Shown: in pieces, positions 12,001 to 24,911 of the stretch
Layout of the letters: every line of letters starts with the position of its first letter
Numbering within the stretch: the stretch's first letter is position 1
From: Eledone cirrhosa
Taxonomy: Eukaryota
Reading direction: 5' to 3'
NCBI GenBank assembly: GCA_964016885.1
Contig: CAXHJY010000753.1
Location: forward strand, 1 to 64,000
Length of the DNA stretch: 64,000 bases
Notes under the pieces: model-generated
What the model saw: the letters and a program-made list of their open reading frames with translations, nothing else
What the model was told of the DNA's origin: nothing
Database searches by the model: none
Position numbers and translations under genes: made by a program

Positions 12001-15000
12001 AGTAGTCTTTGGTAGTAGTCTCTGACAGTAGTCTTTGGTAGTATTCATTGACAGTAGTCTTCGGTAGTAGTCTCTGACAGTAGTCTTTGGTAGTAGTCTT
12101 TGACAGTAGTCTTTGGTAGTAGTCTTTGACAGTAGTCTTTGGTAGTAGTCTCTGACAGTAGTCTTTGGTAGTAGTCTCTGACAGTAGTCTTTGGTAGTAG
12201 TCTTTGACAGTAGTCTTTGGTAGTAGTCTCTGACAGTAGTCTTTGGTAGTAGTCTTTGACAGTAGTCTTTGGTAGTAGTCTCTGACAGTAGTCTTTGGTA
12301 GTAGTCTCTGACAGTAGTCTTTGGTAGTATTCATTGACAGTAGTCTTCGGTAGTAGTCTCTGACAGTAGTCTTTGGTAGTAGTCTTTGACAGTAGTCTTT
12401 GGTAGTAGTCTCTGACAGTAGTCTTTGGTAGTAGTCTCTGACAGTAGTCTTTGGTAGTATTCATTGACAGTAGTCTTCGGTAGTAGTCTCTGACAGTAGC
12501 CTTTGGTAGTAGTCTTTGACAGTAGTCTTTGGTAGTAGTCTTTGACAGTAGTCTTTGGTAGTAGTCTTTGACAGTAGTCTTTGGTAGTAGTCTCTGACAG
12601 TAGTCTTTGGTAGTAGTCTCTGACAGTAGTCTTTGGTAGTAGTCTTTGACAGTAGTCTTTGGTAGTAGTCTCTGACAGTAGTCTTTGGTAGTAGTCTTTG
12701 ACAGTAGTCTTTGGTAGTAGTCTCTGACAGTAGTCTTTGGTAGTAGTCTCTGACAGTAGTCTTTGGTAGTATTCATTGACAGTAGTCTTCGGTAGTAGTC
12801 TTTGACAGTAGTCTTTGGTAGTAGTCTTTGACAGTAGTCTTTGGTAGTAGTCTTTGACAGTAGTCTTTGGTAGTAGTCTTTGACAGTAGTCTTTGGTAGT
12901 AGTCTTTGACAGTAGTCTTTGGTAGTAGTCTTTGACAGTAGTCTTTGGTAGTAGTCTCTGACAGTAGTCTTTGGTAGTAGTCTCTGACAGTAGTCTTTGG
13001 TAGTAGTCTTTGACAGTAGTCTTTGGTAGTAGTCTCTGACAGTAGTCTTTGGTAGTAGTCTTTGACAGTAGTCTTTGGTAGTAGTCTCTGACAGTAGTCT
13101 TTGGTAGTAGTCTTTGACAGTAGTCTTTGGTAGTAGTCTCTGACAGTAGTCTTTGGTAGTAGTCTCTGACAGTAGTCTTTGGTAGTAGTCTTTGACAGTA
13201 GTCTTTGGTAGTAGTCTCTGACAGTAGTCTTTGGTAGTAGTCTTTGACAGTAGTCTTTGGTAGTAGTCTCTGACAGTAGTCTTTGGTAGTAGTCTCTGAC
13301 AGTAGTCTTTGGTAGTATTCATTGACAGTAGTCTTCGGTAGTAGTCTTTGACAGTAGTCTTTGGTAGTAGTCTTTGACAGTAGTCTTTGGTAGTAGTCTT
13401 TGACAGTAGTCTTTGGTAGTAGTCTTTGACAGTAGTCTTTGGTAGTAGTCTTTGACAGTAGTCTTTGGTAGTAGTCTTTGACAGTAGTCTTTGGTAGTAG
13501 TCTCTGACAGTAGTCTTTGGTAGTAGTCTCTGACAGTAGTCTTTGGTAGTAGTCTCTGACAGTAGTCTTTGGTAGTAGTCTCTGACAGTAGTCTTTGGTA
13601 GTAGTCTCTGACAGTAGTCTTTGGTAGTAGTCTCTGACAGTAGTCTTTGGTAGTATTCATTGACAGTAGTCTTCGGTAGTAGTCTCTGACAGTAGTCTTT
13701 GGTAGTAGTCTCTGACAGTAGTCTTTGGTAGTATTCATTGACAGTAGTCTTCGGTAGTAGTCTCTGACAGTAGTCTTTGGTAGTAGTCTCTGACAGTAGT
13801 CTTTGGTAGTAGTCTCTGACAGTAGTCTTTGGTAGTAGTCTCTGACAGTAGTCTTTGGTAGTATTCATTGACAGTAGTCTTCGGTAGTAGTCTCTGACAG
13901 TAGTCTTTGGTAGTAGTCTTTGACAGTAGTCTTTGGTAGTAGTCTTTGACAGTAGTCTTTGGTAGTAGTCTTTGACAGTAGTCTTTGGTAGTAGTCTCTG
14001 ACAGTAGTCTTTGGTAGTAGTCTCTGACAGTAGTCTTTGGTAGTAATCATTGACAGTAGTCTTCGGTAGTAGTCTCTGACAGTAGTCTTTGGTAGTAGTC
14101 TTTGACAGTAGTCTTTGGTAGTAGTCTTTGACAGTAGTCTTTGGTAGTAGTCTTTGACAGTAGTCTTTGGTAGTAGTCTCTGACAGTAGTCTTTGGTAGT
14201 AGTCTCTGACAGTAGTCTTTGGTAGTAGTCTCTGACAGTAGTCTTTGGTAGTATTCATTGACAGTAGTCTTCGGTAGTAGTCTCTGACAGTAGTCTTTGG
14301 TAGTAGTCTTTGACAGTAGTCTTTGGTAGTAGTCTTTGACAGTAGTCTTTGGTAGTAGTCTCTGACAGTAGTCTTTGGTAGTAGTCTCTGACAGTAGTCT
14401 TTGGTAGTAGTCTCTGACAGTAGTCTTTGGTAGTAGTCTCTGACAGTAGTCTTTGGTAGTAGTCTTTGACAGTAGTCTTTGGTAGTAGTCTTTGACAGTA
14501 GTCTTTGGTAGTAGTCTCTGACAGTAGTCTTTGGTAGTAGTCTCTGACAGTAGTCTTTGGTAGTAGTCTCTGACAGTAGTCTTTGGTAGTAGTCTTTGAC
14601 AGTAGTCTTTGGTAGTAGTCTCTGACAGTAGTCTTTGGTAGTAGTCTCTGACAGTAGTCTTTGGTAGTAACCTTTGGTAGTAGTCTCTAACAGTAGTCTT
14701 TGGTAGTATTCATTGACAGTAGTCTTCGGTAGTAGTCTCTGACAGTAGTCTTTGGTAGTAGTCTCTGACAGTAGTCTTTGGTAGTATTCATTGACAGTAG
14801 TCTTCGGTAGTAGTCTCTGACAGTAGTCTTTGGTAGTAGTCTTTGACAGTAGTCTTTGGTAGTAGTCTTTGACAGTAGTCTTTGGTAGTAGTCTTTGACA
14901 GTAGTCTTTGGTAGTAGTCTTTGACAGTAGTCTTTGGTAGTAGTCTTTGACAGTAGTCTTTGGTAGTAGTCTTTGACAGTAGTCTTTGTAGTAGTCTCTG

Positions 15001-18000
15001 ACAGTAGTCTTTGGTAGTAGTCTCTGACAGTAGTCTTTGGTAGTAGTCTCTGACAGTAGTCTTTGGTAGTAGTCTCTGACAGTAGTCTTTGGTAGTAGTC
15101 TCTGACAGTAGTCTTTGGTAGTATTCATTGACAGTAGTCTTCGGTAGTAGTCTCTGACAGTAGTCTTTGGTAGTAGTCTTTGACAGTAGTCTTTGGTAGT
15201 AGTCTTTGACAGTAGTCTTTGGTAGTAGTCTCTGACAGTAGTCTTTGGTAGTAGTCTCTGACAGTAGTCTTTGGTAGTATTCATTGACAGTAGTCTTCGG
15301 TAGTAGTCTCTGACAGTAGTCTTTGGTAGTAGTCTTTGACAGTAGTCTTTGGTAGTAGTCTCTGACAGTAGTCTTTGGTAGTAGTCTCTGACAGTAGTCT
15401 TTGGTAGTAGTCTCTGACAGTAGTCTTTGGTAGTAGTCTCTGACAGTAGTCTTTGTAGTAGTCTTTGACAGTAGTCTTTGGTAGTAGTCTCTGACAGTAG
15501 TCTTTGGTAGTAGTCTTTGACAGTAGTCTTTGGTAGTAGTCTCTGACAGTAGTCTTTGGTAGTAGTCTCTGACAGTAGTCTTTGGTAGTATTCATTGACA
15601 GTAGTCTTCGGTAGTAGTCTTTGACAGTAGTCTTTGGTAGTAGTCTTTGACAGTAGTCTTTGGTAGTAGTCTTTGACAGTAGTCTTTGGTAGTAGTCTTT
15701 GACAGTAGTCTTTGGTAGTAGTCTTTGACAGTAGTCTTTGGTAGTAGTCTTTGACAGTAGTCTTTGGTAGTAGTCTCTGACAGTAGTCTTTGGTAGTAGT
15801 CTCTGACAGTAGTCTTTGGTAGTAGTCTTTGACAGTAGTCTTTGGTAGTAGTCTCTGACAGTAGTCTTTGGTAGTAGTCTTTGACAGTAGTCTTTGGTAG
15901 TAGTCTCTGACAGTAGTCTTTGGTAGTAGTCTTTGACAGTAGTCTTTGGTAGTAGTCTCTGACAGTAGTCTTTGGTAGTAGTCTCTGACAGTAGTCTTTG
16001 GTAGTAGTCTTTGACAGTAGTCTTTGGTAGTAGTCTCTGACAGTAGTCTTTGGTAGTAGTCTTTGACAGTAGTCTTTGGTAGTAGTCTCTGACAGTAGTC
16101 TTTGGTAGTAGTCTCTGACAGTAGTCTTTGGTAGTATTCATTGACAGTAGTCTTCGGTAGTAGTCTTTGACAGTAGTCTTTGGTAGTAGTCTTTGACAGT
16201 AGTCTTTGGTAGTAGTCTTTGACAGTAGTCTTTGGTAGTAGTCTTTGACAGTAGTCTTTGGTAGTAGTCTTTGACAGTAGTCTTTGGTAGTAGTCTTTGA
16301 CAGTAGTCTTTGGTAGTAGTCTCTGACAGTAGTCTTTGGTAGTAGTCTCTGACAGTAGTCTTTGGTAGTAGTCTCTGACAGTAGTCTTTGGTAGTAGTCT
16401 CTGACAGTAGTCTTTGGTAGTAGTCTCTGACAGTAGTCTTTGGTAGTAGTCTCTGACAGTAGTCTTTGGTAGTATTCATTGACAGTAGTCTTCGGTAGTA
16501 GTCTCTGACAGTAGTCTTTGGTAGTAGTCTCTGACAGTAGTCTTTGGTAGTATTCATTGACAGTAGTCTTCGGTAGTAGTCTCTGACAGTAGTCTTTGGT
16601 AGTAGTCTCTGACAGTAGTCTTTGGTAGTAGTCTCTGACAGTAGTCTTTGGTAGTAGTCTCTGACAGTAGTCTTTGGTAGTATTCATTGACAGTAGTCTT
16701 CGGTAGTAGTCTCTGACAGTAGTCTTTGGTAGTAGTCTTTGACAGTAGTCTTTGGTAGTAGTCTTTGACAGTAGTCTTTGGTAGTAGTCTTTGACAGTAG
16801 TCTTTGGTAGTAGTCTCTGACAGTAGTCTTTGGTAGTAGTCTCTGACAGTAGTCTTTGGTAGTATTCATTGACAGTAGTCTTCGGTAGTAGTCTCTGACA
16901 GTAGTCTTTGGTAGTAGTCTTTGACAGTAGTCTTTGGTAGTAGTCTTTGACAGTAGTCTTTGGTAGTAGTCTTTGACAGTAGTCTTTGGTAGTAGTCTCT
17001 GACAGTAGTCTTTGGTAGTAGTCTCTGACAGTAGTCTTTGGTAGTAGTCTCTGACAGTAGTCTTTGGTAGTATTCATTGACAGTAGTCTTCGGTAGTAGT
17101 CTCTGACAGTAGTCTTTGGTAGTAGTCTTTGACAGTAGTCTTTGGTAGTAGTCTTTGACAGTAGTCTTTGGTAGTAGTCTCTGACAGTAGTCTTTGGTAG
17201 TAGTCTCTGACAGTAGTCTTTGGTAGTAGTCTCTGACAGTAGTCTTTGGTAGTAGTCTCTGACAGTAGTCTTTGGTAGTAGTCTTTGACAGTAGTCTTTG
17301 GTAGTAGTCTTTGACAGTAGTCTTTGGTAGTAGTCTCTGACAGTAGTCTTTGGTAGTAGTCTCTGACAGTAGTCTTTGGTAGTAGTCTCTGACAGTAGTC
17401 TTTGGTAGTAGTCTTTGACAGTAGTCTTTGGTAGTAGTCTCTGACAGTAGTCTTTGGTAGTAGTCTCTGACAGTAGTCTTTGGTAGTAACCTTTGGTAGT
17501 AGTCTCTAACAGTAGTCTTTGGTAGTATTCATTGACAGTAGTCTTCGGTAGTAGTCTCTGACAGTAGTCTTTGGTAGTAGTCTCTGACAGTAGTCTTTGG
17601 TAGTATTCATTGACAGTAGTCTTCGGTAGTAGTCTCTGACAGTAGTCTTTGGTAGTAGTCTTTGACAGTAGTCTTTGGTAGTAGTCTTTGACAGTAGTCT
17701 TTGGTAGTAGTCTTTGACAGTAGTCTTTGGTAGTAGTCTTTGACAGTAGTCTTTGGTAGTAGTCTTTGACAGTAGTCTTTGGTAGTAGTCTTTGACAGTA
17801 GTCTTTGGTAGTAGTCTCTGACAGTAGTCTTTGGTAGTAGTCTCTGACAGTAGTCTTTGGTAGTAGTCTCTGACAGTAGTCTTTGGTAGTAGTCTCTGAC
17901 AGTAGTCTTTGGTAGTAGTCTCTGACAGTAGTCTTTGGTAGTATTCATTGACAGTAGTCTTCGGTAGTAGTCTCTGACAGTAGTCTTTGGTAGTAGTCTT

Positions 18001-19110
18001 TGACAGTAGTCTTTGGTAGTAGTCTTTGACAGTAGTCTTTGGTAGTAGTCTCTGACAGTAGTCTTTGGTAGTAGTCTCTGACAGTAGTCTTTGGTAGTAT
18101 TCATTGACAGTAGTCTTCGGTAGTAGTCTCTGACAGTAGTCTTTGGTAGTAGTCTTTGACAGTAGTCTTTGGTAGTAGTCTTTGACAGTAGTCTTTGGTA
18201 GTAGTCTCTGACAGTAGTCTTTGGTAGTAGTCTCTGACAGTAGTCTTTGGTAGTATTCATTGACAGTAGTCTTCGGTAGTAGTCTCTGACAGTAGTCTTT
18301 GGTAGTAGTCTTTGACAGTAGTCTTTGGTAGTAGTCTTTGACAGTAGTCTTTGGTAGTAGTCTCTGACAGTAGTCTTTGGTAGTAGTCTCTGACAGTAGT
18401 CTTTGGTAGTAGTCTCTGACAGTAGTCTTTGGTAGTAGTCTCTGACAGTAGTCTTTGGTAGTAGTCTCTGACAGTAGTCTTTGGTAGTATTCATTGACAG
18501 TAGTCTTCGGTAGTAGTCTCTGACAGTAGTCTTTGGTAGTAGTCTTTGACAGTAGTCTTTGGTAGTAGTCTTTGACAGTAGTCTTTGGTAGTAGTCTTTG
18601 ACAGTAGTCTTTGGTAGTAGTCTTTGACAGTAGTCTTTGGTAGTAGTCTTTGACAGTAGTCTTTGGTAGTAGTCTTTGACAGTAGTCTTTGGTAGTAGTC
18701 TCTGACAGTAGTCTTTGGTAGTAGTCTCTGACAGTAGTCTTTGGTAGTAGTCTCTGACAGTAGTCTTTGGTAGTAGTCTCTGACAGTAGTCTTTGGTAGT
18801 AGTCTTTGACAGTAGTCTTTGGTAGTAGTCTCTGACAGTAGTCTTTGGTAGTAGTCTCTGACAGTAGTCTTTGGTAGTAGCCTTTGGTAGTAGTCTTTGA
18901 CAGTAGTCTTTGGTAGTAGTCTTTGACAGTAGTCTTTGGTAGTAGTCTCTGACAGTAGTCTTTGGTAGTAGTGTTTGACAGTAGTCTTTGGTAGTAGTCT
19001 ATAATGGTAATATCTGACGGTAGTCTCTGGGTAGTCTTTGGCGGTAGTCTATAACGGTAGTCTCTGGGTAGTCTCTGTCGGTAGTTTCTGGAGGTAGTCT
19101 TTGGCGGTAG
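1..19110. repeat. 26-bp tandem satellite, consensus GGTAGTAGTCTCTGACAGTAGTCTTT (two related 13-bp subunits), >700 units, continues past the left edge
   Basis: Unit visible continuously; subunits GGTAGTAGTCTCT / GACAGTAGTCTTT share AGTAGTCTYT; degenerates into 11-13 bp monomers at ~18990-19110. Confidence 0.99.
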
Positions 19111-19548
19111 CCCTTTATTAGAAGAGAGAATGAAAAATAAAAGATCAAATAGAAAGATAGAAAGTGGGAAGAGGAAAGAACTGAAACAAAAATTGAGAAA
19201 AAGCACGTGTTTATTCAGTCAGCAATTTTGAAGAAATGCTAATCAATGGGTATCTTAGGTATCAGAGTGTCTAGAATGGCAAATAGTTAGTGTATATTTT
19301 GGGTGGACACGTGTGTGCGTGCGTGTGTATGGTTGTAAGATTGTCTGTGCAAAGGGATGAATGATCAGCACTGGGTGCTGTGAGAGTGTAGAGGTATGAG
19401 TGAGTGCGCGCAGGAACTGAACAGCGTAGGGAGGTGTCCACATATGTATAGGACATTCTGCGTACACATGCACACACACGCAAAACCTGTTTCAGCCTAG
19501 GGTTGTATAAAAAGGAAGGTGGTAGCGAATATGAATGTAGCCTTTATT

Positions 19549-19766
19549 GGTGGATTGGCAGTATCGATAGAGGGTCGGACGCCATGCTTTGACGTATATA
19601 ATTACGGCCCTTGCCATTCTGAGTTCAAATCCCGCCAAGGTTAACTTTGCCTTTCATCCTTACGGGGTCGATAAAATAAAGTACCAGTCACGCACTGGGG
19701 TCGATTTAATCGACTTTCCCTCTCCCAAAATTGCTGGCCTTGTGCCTATATAAGAAACCATTATTA
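19549..19766 (+). mobile_element. tRNA-derived SINE, full length (octopus-type family)
   Basis: A-box-like TGGCAGTATCGAT, B-box GAGTTCAAATCCC, body CTTTGCCTTTCATCCTTACGGGGTCGATAAAATAAAGTACCAG, ATT tail; several further copies in window. Confidence 0.9.
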
Positions 19767-19871
19767 TGCACATTATTAGCAATATTTTGTGGACTGCGTA
19801 TTTATCTTAGCTTTGTATAGTGATATGAATGCGACCTCCACAAATAAACGTCTATTTTTGTTAGACACTAT

Positions 19872-19942
19872 ATATATGGTAGCACATTGGTAGCATATTG
19901 GTCCGGCAAACCAAAGATGTGGGTTCGTATCCCTGTAGGTCA
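19872..19942 (+). pseudogene. tRNA-like relic (tRNA-Ala(GGC)-like pseudogene or head of a second SINE family)
   Basis: A box TAGCACATTGGT, anticodon arm TTGGT-CCGGCAA-ACCAA, B box GGTTCGTATCCC; acceptor stem poor. Confidence 0.55.
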
Positions 19943-21170
19943 ATACTCATCCTATTTTCCATTCAGAGGGTTTTATAAAATCCCAACTAACAGACTAATG
20001 TTATTTAGTCAAATACGGCGTAAGCACATACCTTTGTGTGTGTGTGTGTGTGTGTGTACTTCTTGTTCTTTTCATACTTATAGAGGAAATTAATATAAAT
20101 TACAGAGTAAATTATGTATTTTGGTAAAGCACTCGCTGTGGTGGCACTGGGGTTTTGTCTAATGGCTTCTAAGACTTTATTGAGAATTTCTGAAAGCTTA
20201 TCAATATATATGATTCAACGTGACGAAATTTAGGTGTGAATATGAGAGAAAACAAATGTCGAGCGAAATAGAGTAAGTGAATAATGGAGATTTTAACAGA
20301 TTTTATGAAGATAAAATGCGCAATGAAATAATCGCAGAATGTATTTATTAAAATGCTTTCAGGTAATCTTAATGATTTGAAGTTTATAAATATGAATATA
20401 AAGAGTTCAAATTAAATTAAAGGGCCATTGATTATAATACGTAAGGAAATTAAAATATGAAACTATTTCCTTTATAACAAAGCTACCGCCGTTATTTCTA
20501 CTAATATTTAAATGTATTTATTAATAAAGAATATATATATATATATCGTCAGTAATTTCATCGAATTTGAAGCCAAATTATTGCTACTAAACTAGGCATT
20601 GGCAATAGAAATAAATCATTTATGGTACAAGAATCATATTATACTTTTCAAAACTAAAGAGTTTCGACAGAGGAATTCTGTGTGGCAAACTGATTTCGCC
20701 AACTGAGTGAAAGGATTTTCTGTAGAGTCTAGATTTTAAGGACCTCAATCACCTTAATTTGTCGGCTGTATATGTCTTATACACATACAGATAAGGTGAA
20801 ACACTGGCTGAACGGTATATGAGAAACTTATTACGAAGCTTGATATTTTGTTTGGAAATGTCTTCTTTTTTTTTTCAGCCTCCGAAAAGCTACTGATGCA
20901 TGAATTAGTGTTTTAGAATTTCCTCGTTCAATGTAGTTATTAGACATTATGCCAGAGAGAGAGAGAGGGGGGGTGGAAGAGAGGAGGAGGAGAGAGGGGG
21001 AGATGGAAGAGAGGAGGAGGAGGAGAGATGGAGAGGGAGAGGGGAGGAGGAGAGACAGGGAGAGAGAGGATTTATTAAAAACTTACTTTTCAATGATTGA
21101 TTGTAAAGGAACTGGAGACAATTTGTTACATTTTAATTATTGTAGGTGCTTAGTTTCCATTATCTTCTTG

Positions 21171-21356
21171 GGTCGATTGGCAGTATCGGTAGAGCGTCAG
21201 ACGCCATGTTTTGATGCATAGAGTTATGGCTCTTTACGTTATGAGTTCAAATACCGCTGAGGTTAACTTTGCCTTTCATCCTTACGGAGTCGATAAAATA
21301 AAGCCCCAGTAATGCACTGGGGAAATTGCTGGCCTTGTGCCAAAAGTAGAAATATT
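21171..21356 (+). mobile_element. SINE copy (internally deleted) with 15-bp target-site duplication
   Basis: Homologous to 19549 copy; ATTATCTTCTTGGGT at 21159-21173 and 21354-21368. Confidence 0.9.
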
Positions 21357-21924
21357 ATCTTCTTGGGTGCCTTATGAAACAACAATCGATGCAAAGACTA
21401 ATTATATGTAAGTATTAACATACAATAAACACTTTCACGAAGAGTTTTGTTGCAATGAATATCTTAATATACTGCATCCACTTATGGTTCATCTGAACAT
21501 ATATTTAAACGTACCAACATACGTGTATATCAACACATCCCCATATTGTGATTTACCAATATATGCATTAACAGACATTACTTCTTTGTAAAATATGTAT
21601 GTATTCTAAGGGAGGAATACTTACAATTACTTATTTCAATTCAAGAATATATAACCATACAAAAAATATGTAATATCTAAAACTATTTTCTTTAATGTTG
21701 TTCCATACTATCGATTAGAGCTGCTTTCAGTGAACTTAAAGTTTTACAGGAATTTATTTTATACTTGTAAACTTTAAGAGCTGATTTCGATAAAAATAAA
21801 TATTTTGAAATAGTTATTATTTATTTTCAGAAATATTCTTTTTAAATCTAATGCCATAAAATTGTATCAGGGACTGTAAATATTTACATTAAAATATAGA
21901 AAATTTCCAACTGAGCACTGGAAA

Positions 21925-22085
21925 TGAAATAGCAGCCAAATCTATGTAATAGCAACCAAATCTATGAAATAGCAACCAAATCTATGAAATAGCAACCAAA
22001 TCTATGAAATAGCAACCAAATCTATGAAATAGCAACCAAATCTATAAAATAGCAACCAAATCTATGAAATAGCAACCAAATCTAT
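21925..22085. repeat. 20-bp minisatellite (TGAAATAGCAACCAAATCTA) x8, expanded within an older interspersed repeat
   Basis: Eight near-identical units; related ATTTGGTTGCTATTT motif on the opposite strand at ~28476. Confidence 0.9.
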
Positions 22086-23584
22086 CAAAGACAGTAAGTG
22101 AAGGAGCATGAAGGAGTATGACAGTCAAATCTCTATCGCATCAGATCTAAAAATACGCATTCAATAATCTGAAACAAGCGTCCATAAGATTATGACTAGA
22201 ACATATTTGATCAAGGATCAGCTGGTTCAGAAAACTTTGAGGCTAATAGATAACAGCTGGGGAGAACCAATATATTCAAAGAAAACCACAAAATGTTACT
22301 TTTTAATATAGCTACATTTTTTTTTTTTTTTTTTTGTATATCATGTAATACAGGTAAAAAGACTTCTGTTTAAAAATGATTGATTTCTTAAATATTTTAC
22401 ACACAATCTTTTCTAATCCAAACTTCAGCTACTATAGTTGTTTATATGTTTTCACTTGTTTACAATGTTCGTCAGCTGAACTGTATTATAGCTAGAATTA
22501 AGCGCATAAATCTCGCCAGTTTAATAAAGCCTACAACATTTATATTTACTCTTAATATTCCTTTGGCGAAATAATAATTTTAATATACCGATAACCTACT
22601 AATTTAATAACAGAAGGTCACAGACTTTTATTGCTTTTAATGTCTTATTGTACTGGAATGATAAATATGTTATTGTTGTTTGGAAGGCGATGTTATTCAC
22701 CAAGTGATTTGAGCTCAGAATATTGCAGGGCATATGTAAATGCAATGACTCATTATTTCTTGTTCGATGCTCCAGCACTACTTTGAATGGAAAAGTATAA
22801 CAAATAGATAATGTAATAAGTTGGCACTTAATAACATCTATAAAGTGATTTAGAGTAATTTCACCATCTATATTGCCAATTTATCGACAATAATATTTCC
22901 AGAAAGTCTTTGTTTAAGCTAAGGTGGATAGATATACGTTAAAATTAAACAACATCGTACCTGCTAGAAATACCAATCTACTATGTTTTAAACGGAGGCA
23001 AAGCCTATTGATTGCAACATAGATTCAATATGACTGGGATCATTAAATCCTTGTGTGAAAGGTTTGGACGGCTACTGCCACAATAATTGTCATCGTATGT
23101 CTGCGCGACCAAACAGCAACAACTGATGAAATATGAATAAAAGCGATATACCAAATAGGACGACTTTTTGTCTTCTGAGTGTCTTTGAACGTATTGGTCA
23201 GGACATTATTTACCTAGCTATTTAACCTTTATTGTTAAACTATCGTCATGAACACATGCTATATATATTCAAATTTCCGATACATGAAAACAGTATCGCA
23301 TCATAGCTAAAGCGCCAGATGGTTTAAATATTAGAAGGAAACTTTATAATAAGACAGTCAAATACTTACTAACTCACTTGATTGCTCTACAATATTAGAT
23401 TTAAACGTAATTACAATAACAGTATATGCTAAATTAAAAGTGCAATGCCTCCTGGTTAATATTGGCAAGTTTTATTGATTCCACACCAAAAGGACAGCAT
23501 AATATTTCTCGAATGTTATTGCAAAACATCAAAGCAATCAGTGAAGCATACGTGAGGCATGTGAAGTAATTTCATTAGATGAAT

Positions 23585-23632
<48 letters not shown>

Positions 23633-23719
23633 TCAATTAGTTCCTCATAATCCTATTAATGCAAGTAAAAATTGCTATAGGGATGGTAGATATCGGTTCC
23701 AGTTTATTCAAAGGACGAC

Positions 23720-23804
<85 letters not shown>

Positions 23805-24511
23805 TAATGATGAACACTTTGTTAAGCGTCTGAAATGTATTGCCGTATTAACATTTTATTTTTTAAGATCTGTTCGTATAAATTAAATTGATTTTCAAAT
23901 GTAATTCCCTTCATGGTTTTAAACGTTTTAGCTTCACATATTTATTTGAATGTTTATTTTTAGTGTAATATGGAAGCAATCCACCTCAATATAGTATAAA
24001 TCAAAAGAACCTCTGATTCTTGTTAGTTGAGTCTATTACACCTTTGACATTACTTTATTATTTACTTCATATTTCATTTTATAGCCCGTGGTTCTATTAC
24101 ATTATTGGAATCCTTAATAGGATTCCTCTAAAAACAACAGAAAATATTGTTTATCACTTGCAAAGGGTTTAAGCAGCTTCGTTTTTTTACTCGGGTTTTC
24201 TCAATCTGCTTTTCTGTATGTGTTTCTAGATATATGTCTATGTATGTATCCTTGGTTTCTAAAGACTAATTAGTAGTGCATTATCACCTTTGCTAATATT
24301 CATAGCGAGGCTATAAAAATGTTTATTTACATGAACACTTCGTATATGATCCAATATACCACGCCACTTCCATACATAAAGATATATAGTTTCTTGTGTG
24401 TGATTTCTTATTACGGAAGAATGAGCCTTCAATAAGTAAATATATGAAACTGGCATTTAAAAAATATATTACCATGTATTTTTTGCGCCCTATATATATA
24501 TATATATATAC

Positions 24512-24540
<29 letters not shown>

Positions 24541-24542
<2 letters not shown>

Positions 24543-24766
24543 AGGAAAAGAAATCGAAGGAAATGGAGGGTTTGTGGTTTTTCTCGCATGAAAAACCAGA
24601 AACCCTCCATCTCAATTCTACTTTTGAAAAGCATAAGAACTGTGAAACCGGTAAAGGAAACATAAATATTCTTAAAATGACTCCAGTTGTATTTTCGATT
24701 TCTTTTCCTTATACTTTCACTCGTGTAGGGTATCTCGTTTTTTCCATTAAAAAACTAATGTTCTTA
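24541..24766 (+). mobile_element. Short PLE-like 3'-end insertion in (TA)n with inverted 5' arm and hammerhead 3' half
   Basis: TAAGGAAAAGAAATCGAA (24541) is the inverse of ~24694-24711; ~20-bp hairpin 24563-24610; GAAACCGGTA at ~24645; (TA)n on both sides. Confidence 0.6.
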
Positions 24767-24770
24767 TATA

Positions 24771-24840
<70 letters not shown>

Positions 24841-24859
24841 TGTAAACATATATATATAC

Positions 24860-24911
<52 letters not shown>

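Noticed and set aside
1-19110. CRISPR-like or telomeric array
   Set aside because: No unique spacers, no cas genes, eukaryotic context; unit is not TTAGGG-like
3418-19206. Long minus-strand ORFs (up to 2124 aa) with repeating SETTTKDYCQRLLPKTTVRDYYQRLL
   Set aside because: The 26-bp unit has no stop on the minus strand, so all three frames give the same peptide; indels do not respect frame
24408-24460. CGGAAGA...GAAACTGGCA possible hammerhead relic
   Set aside because: Core and helices too degraded to support a call
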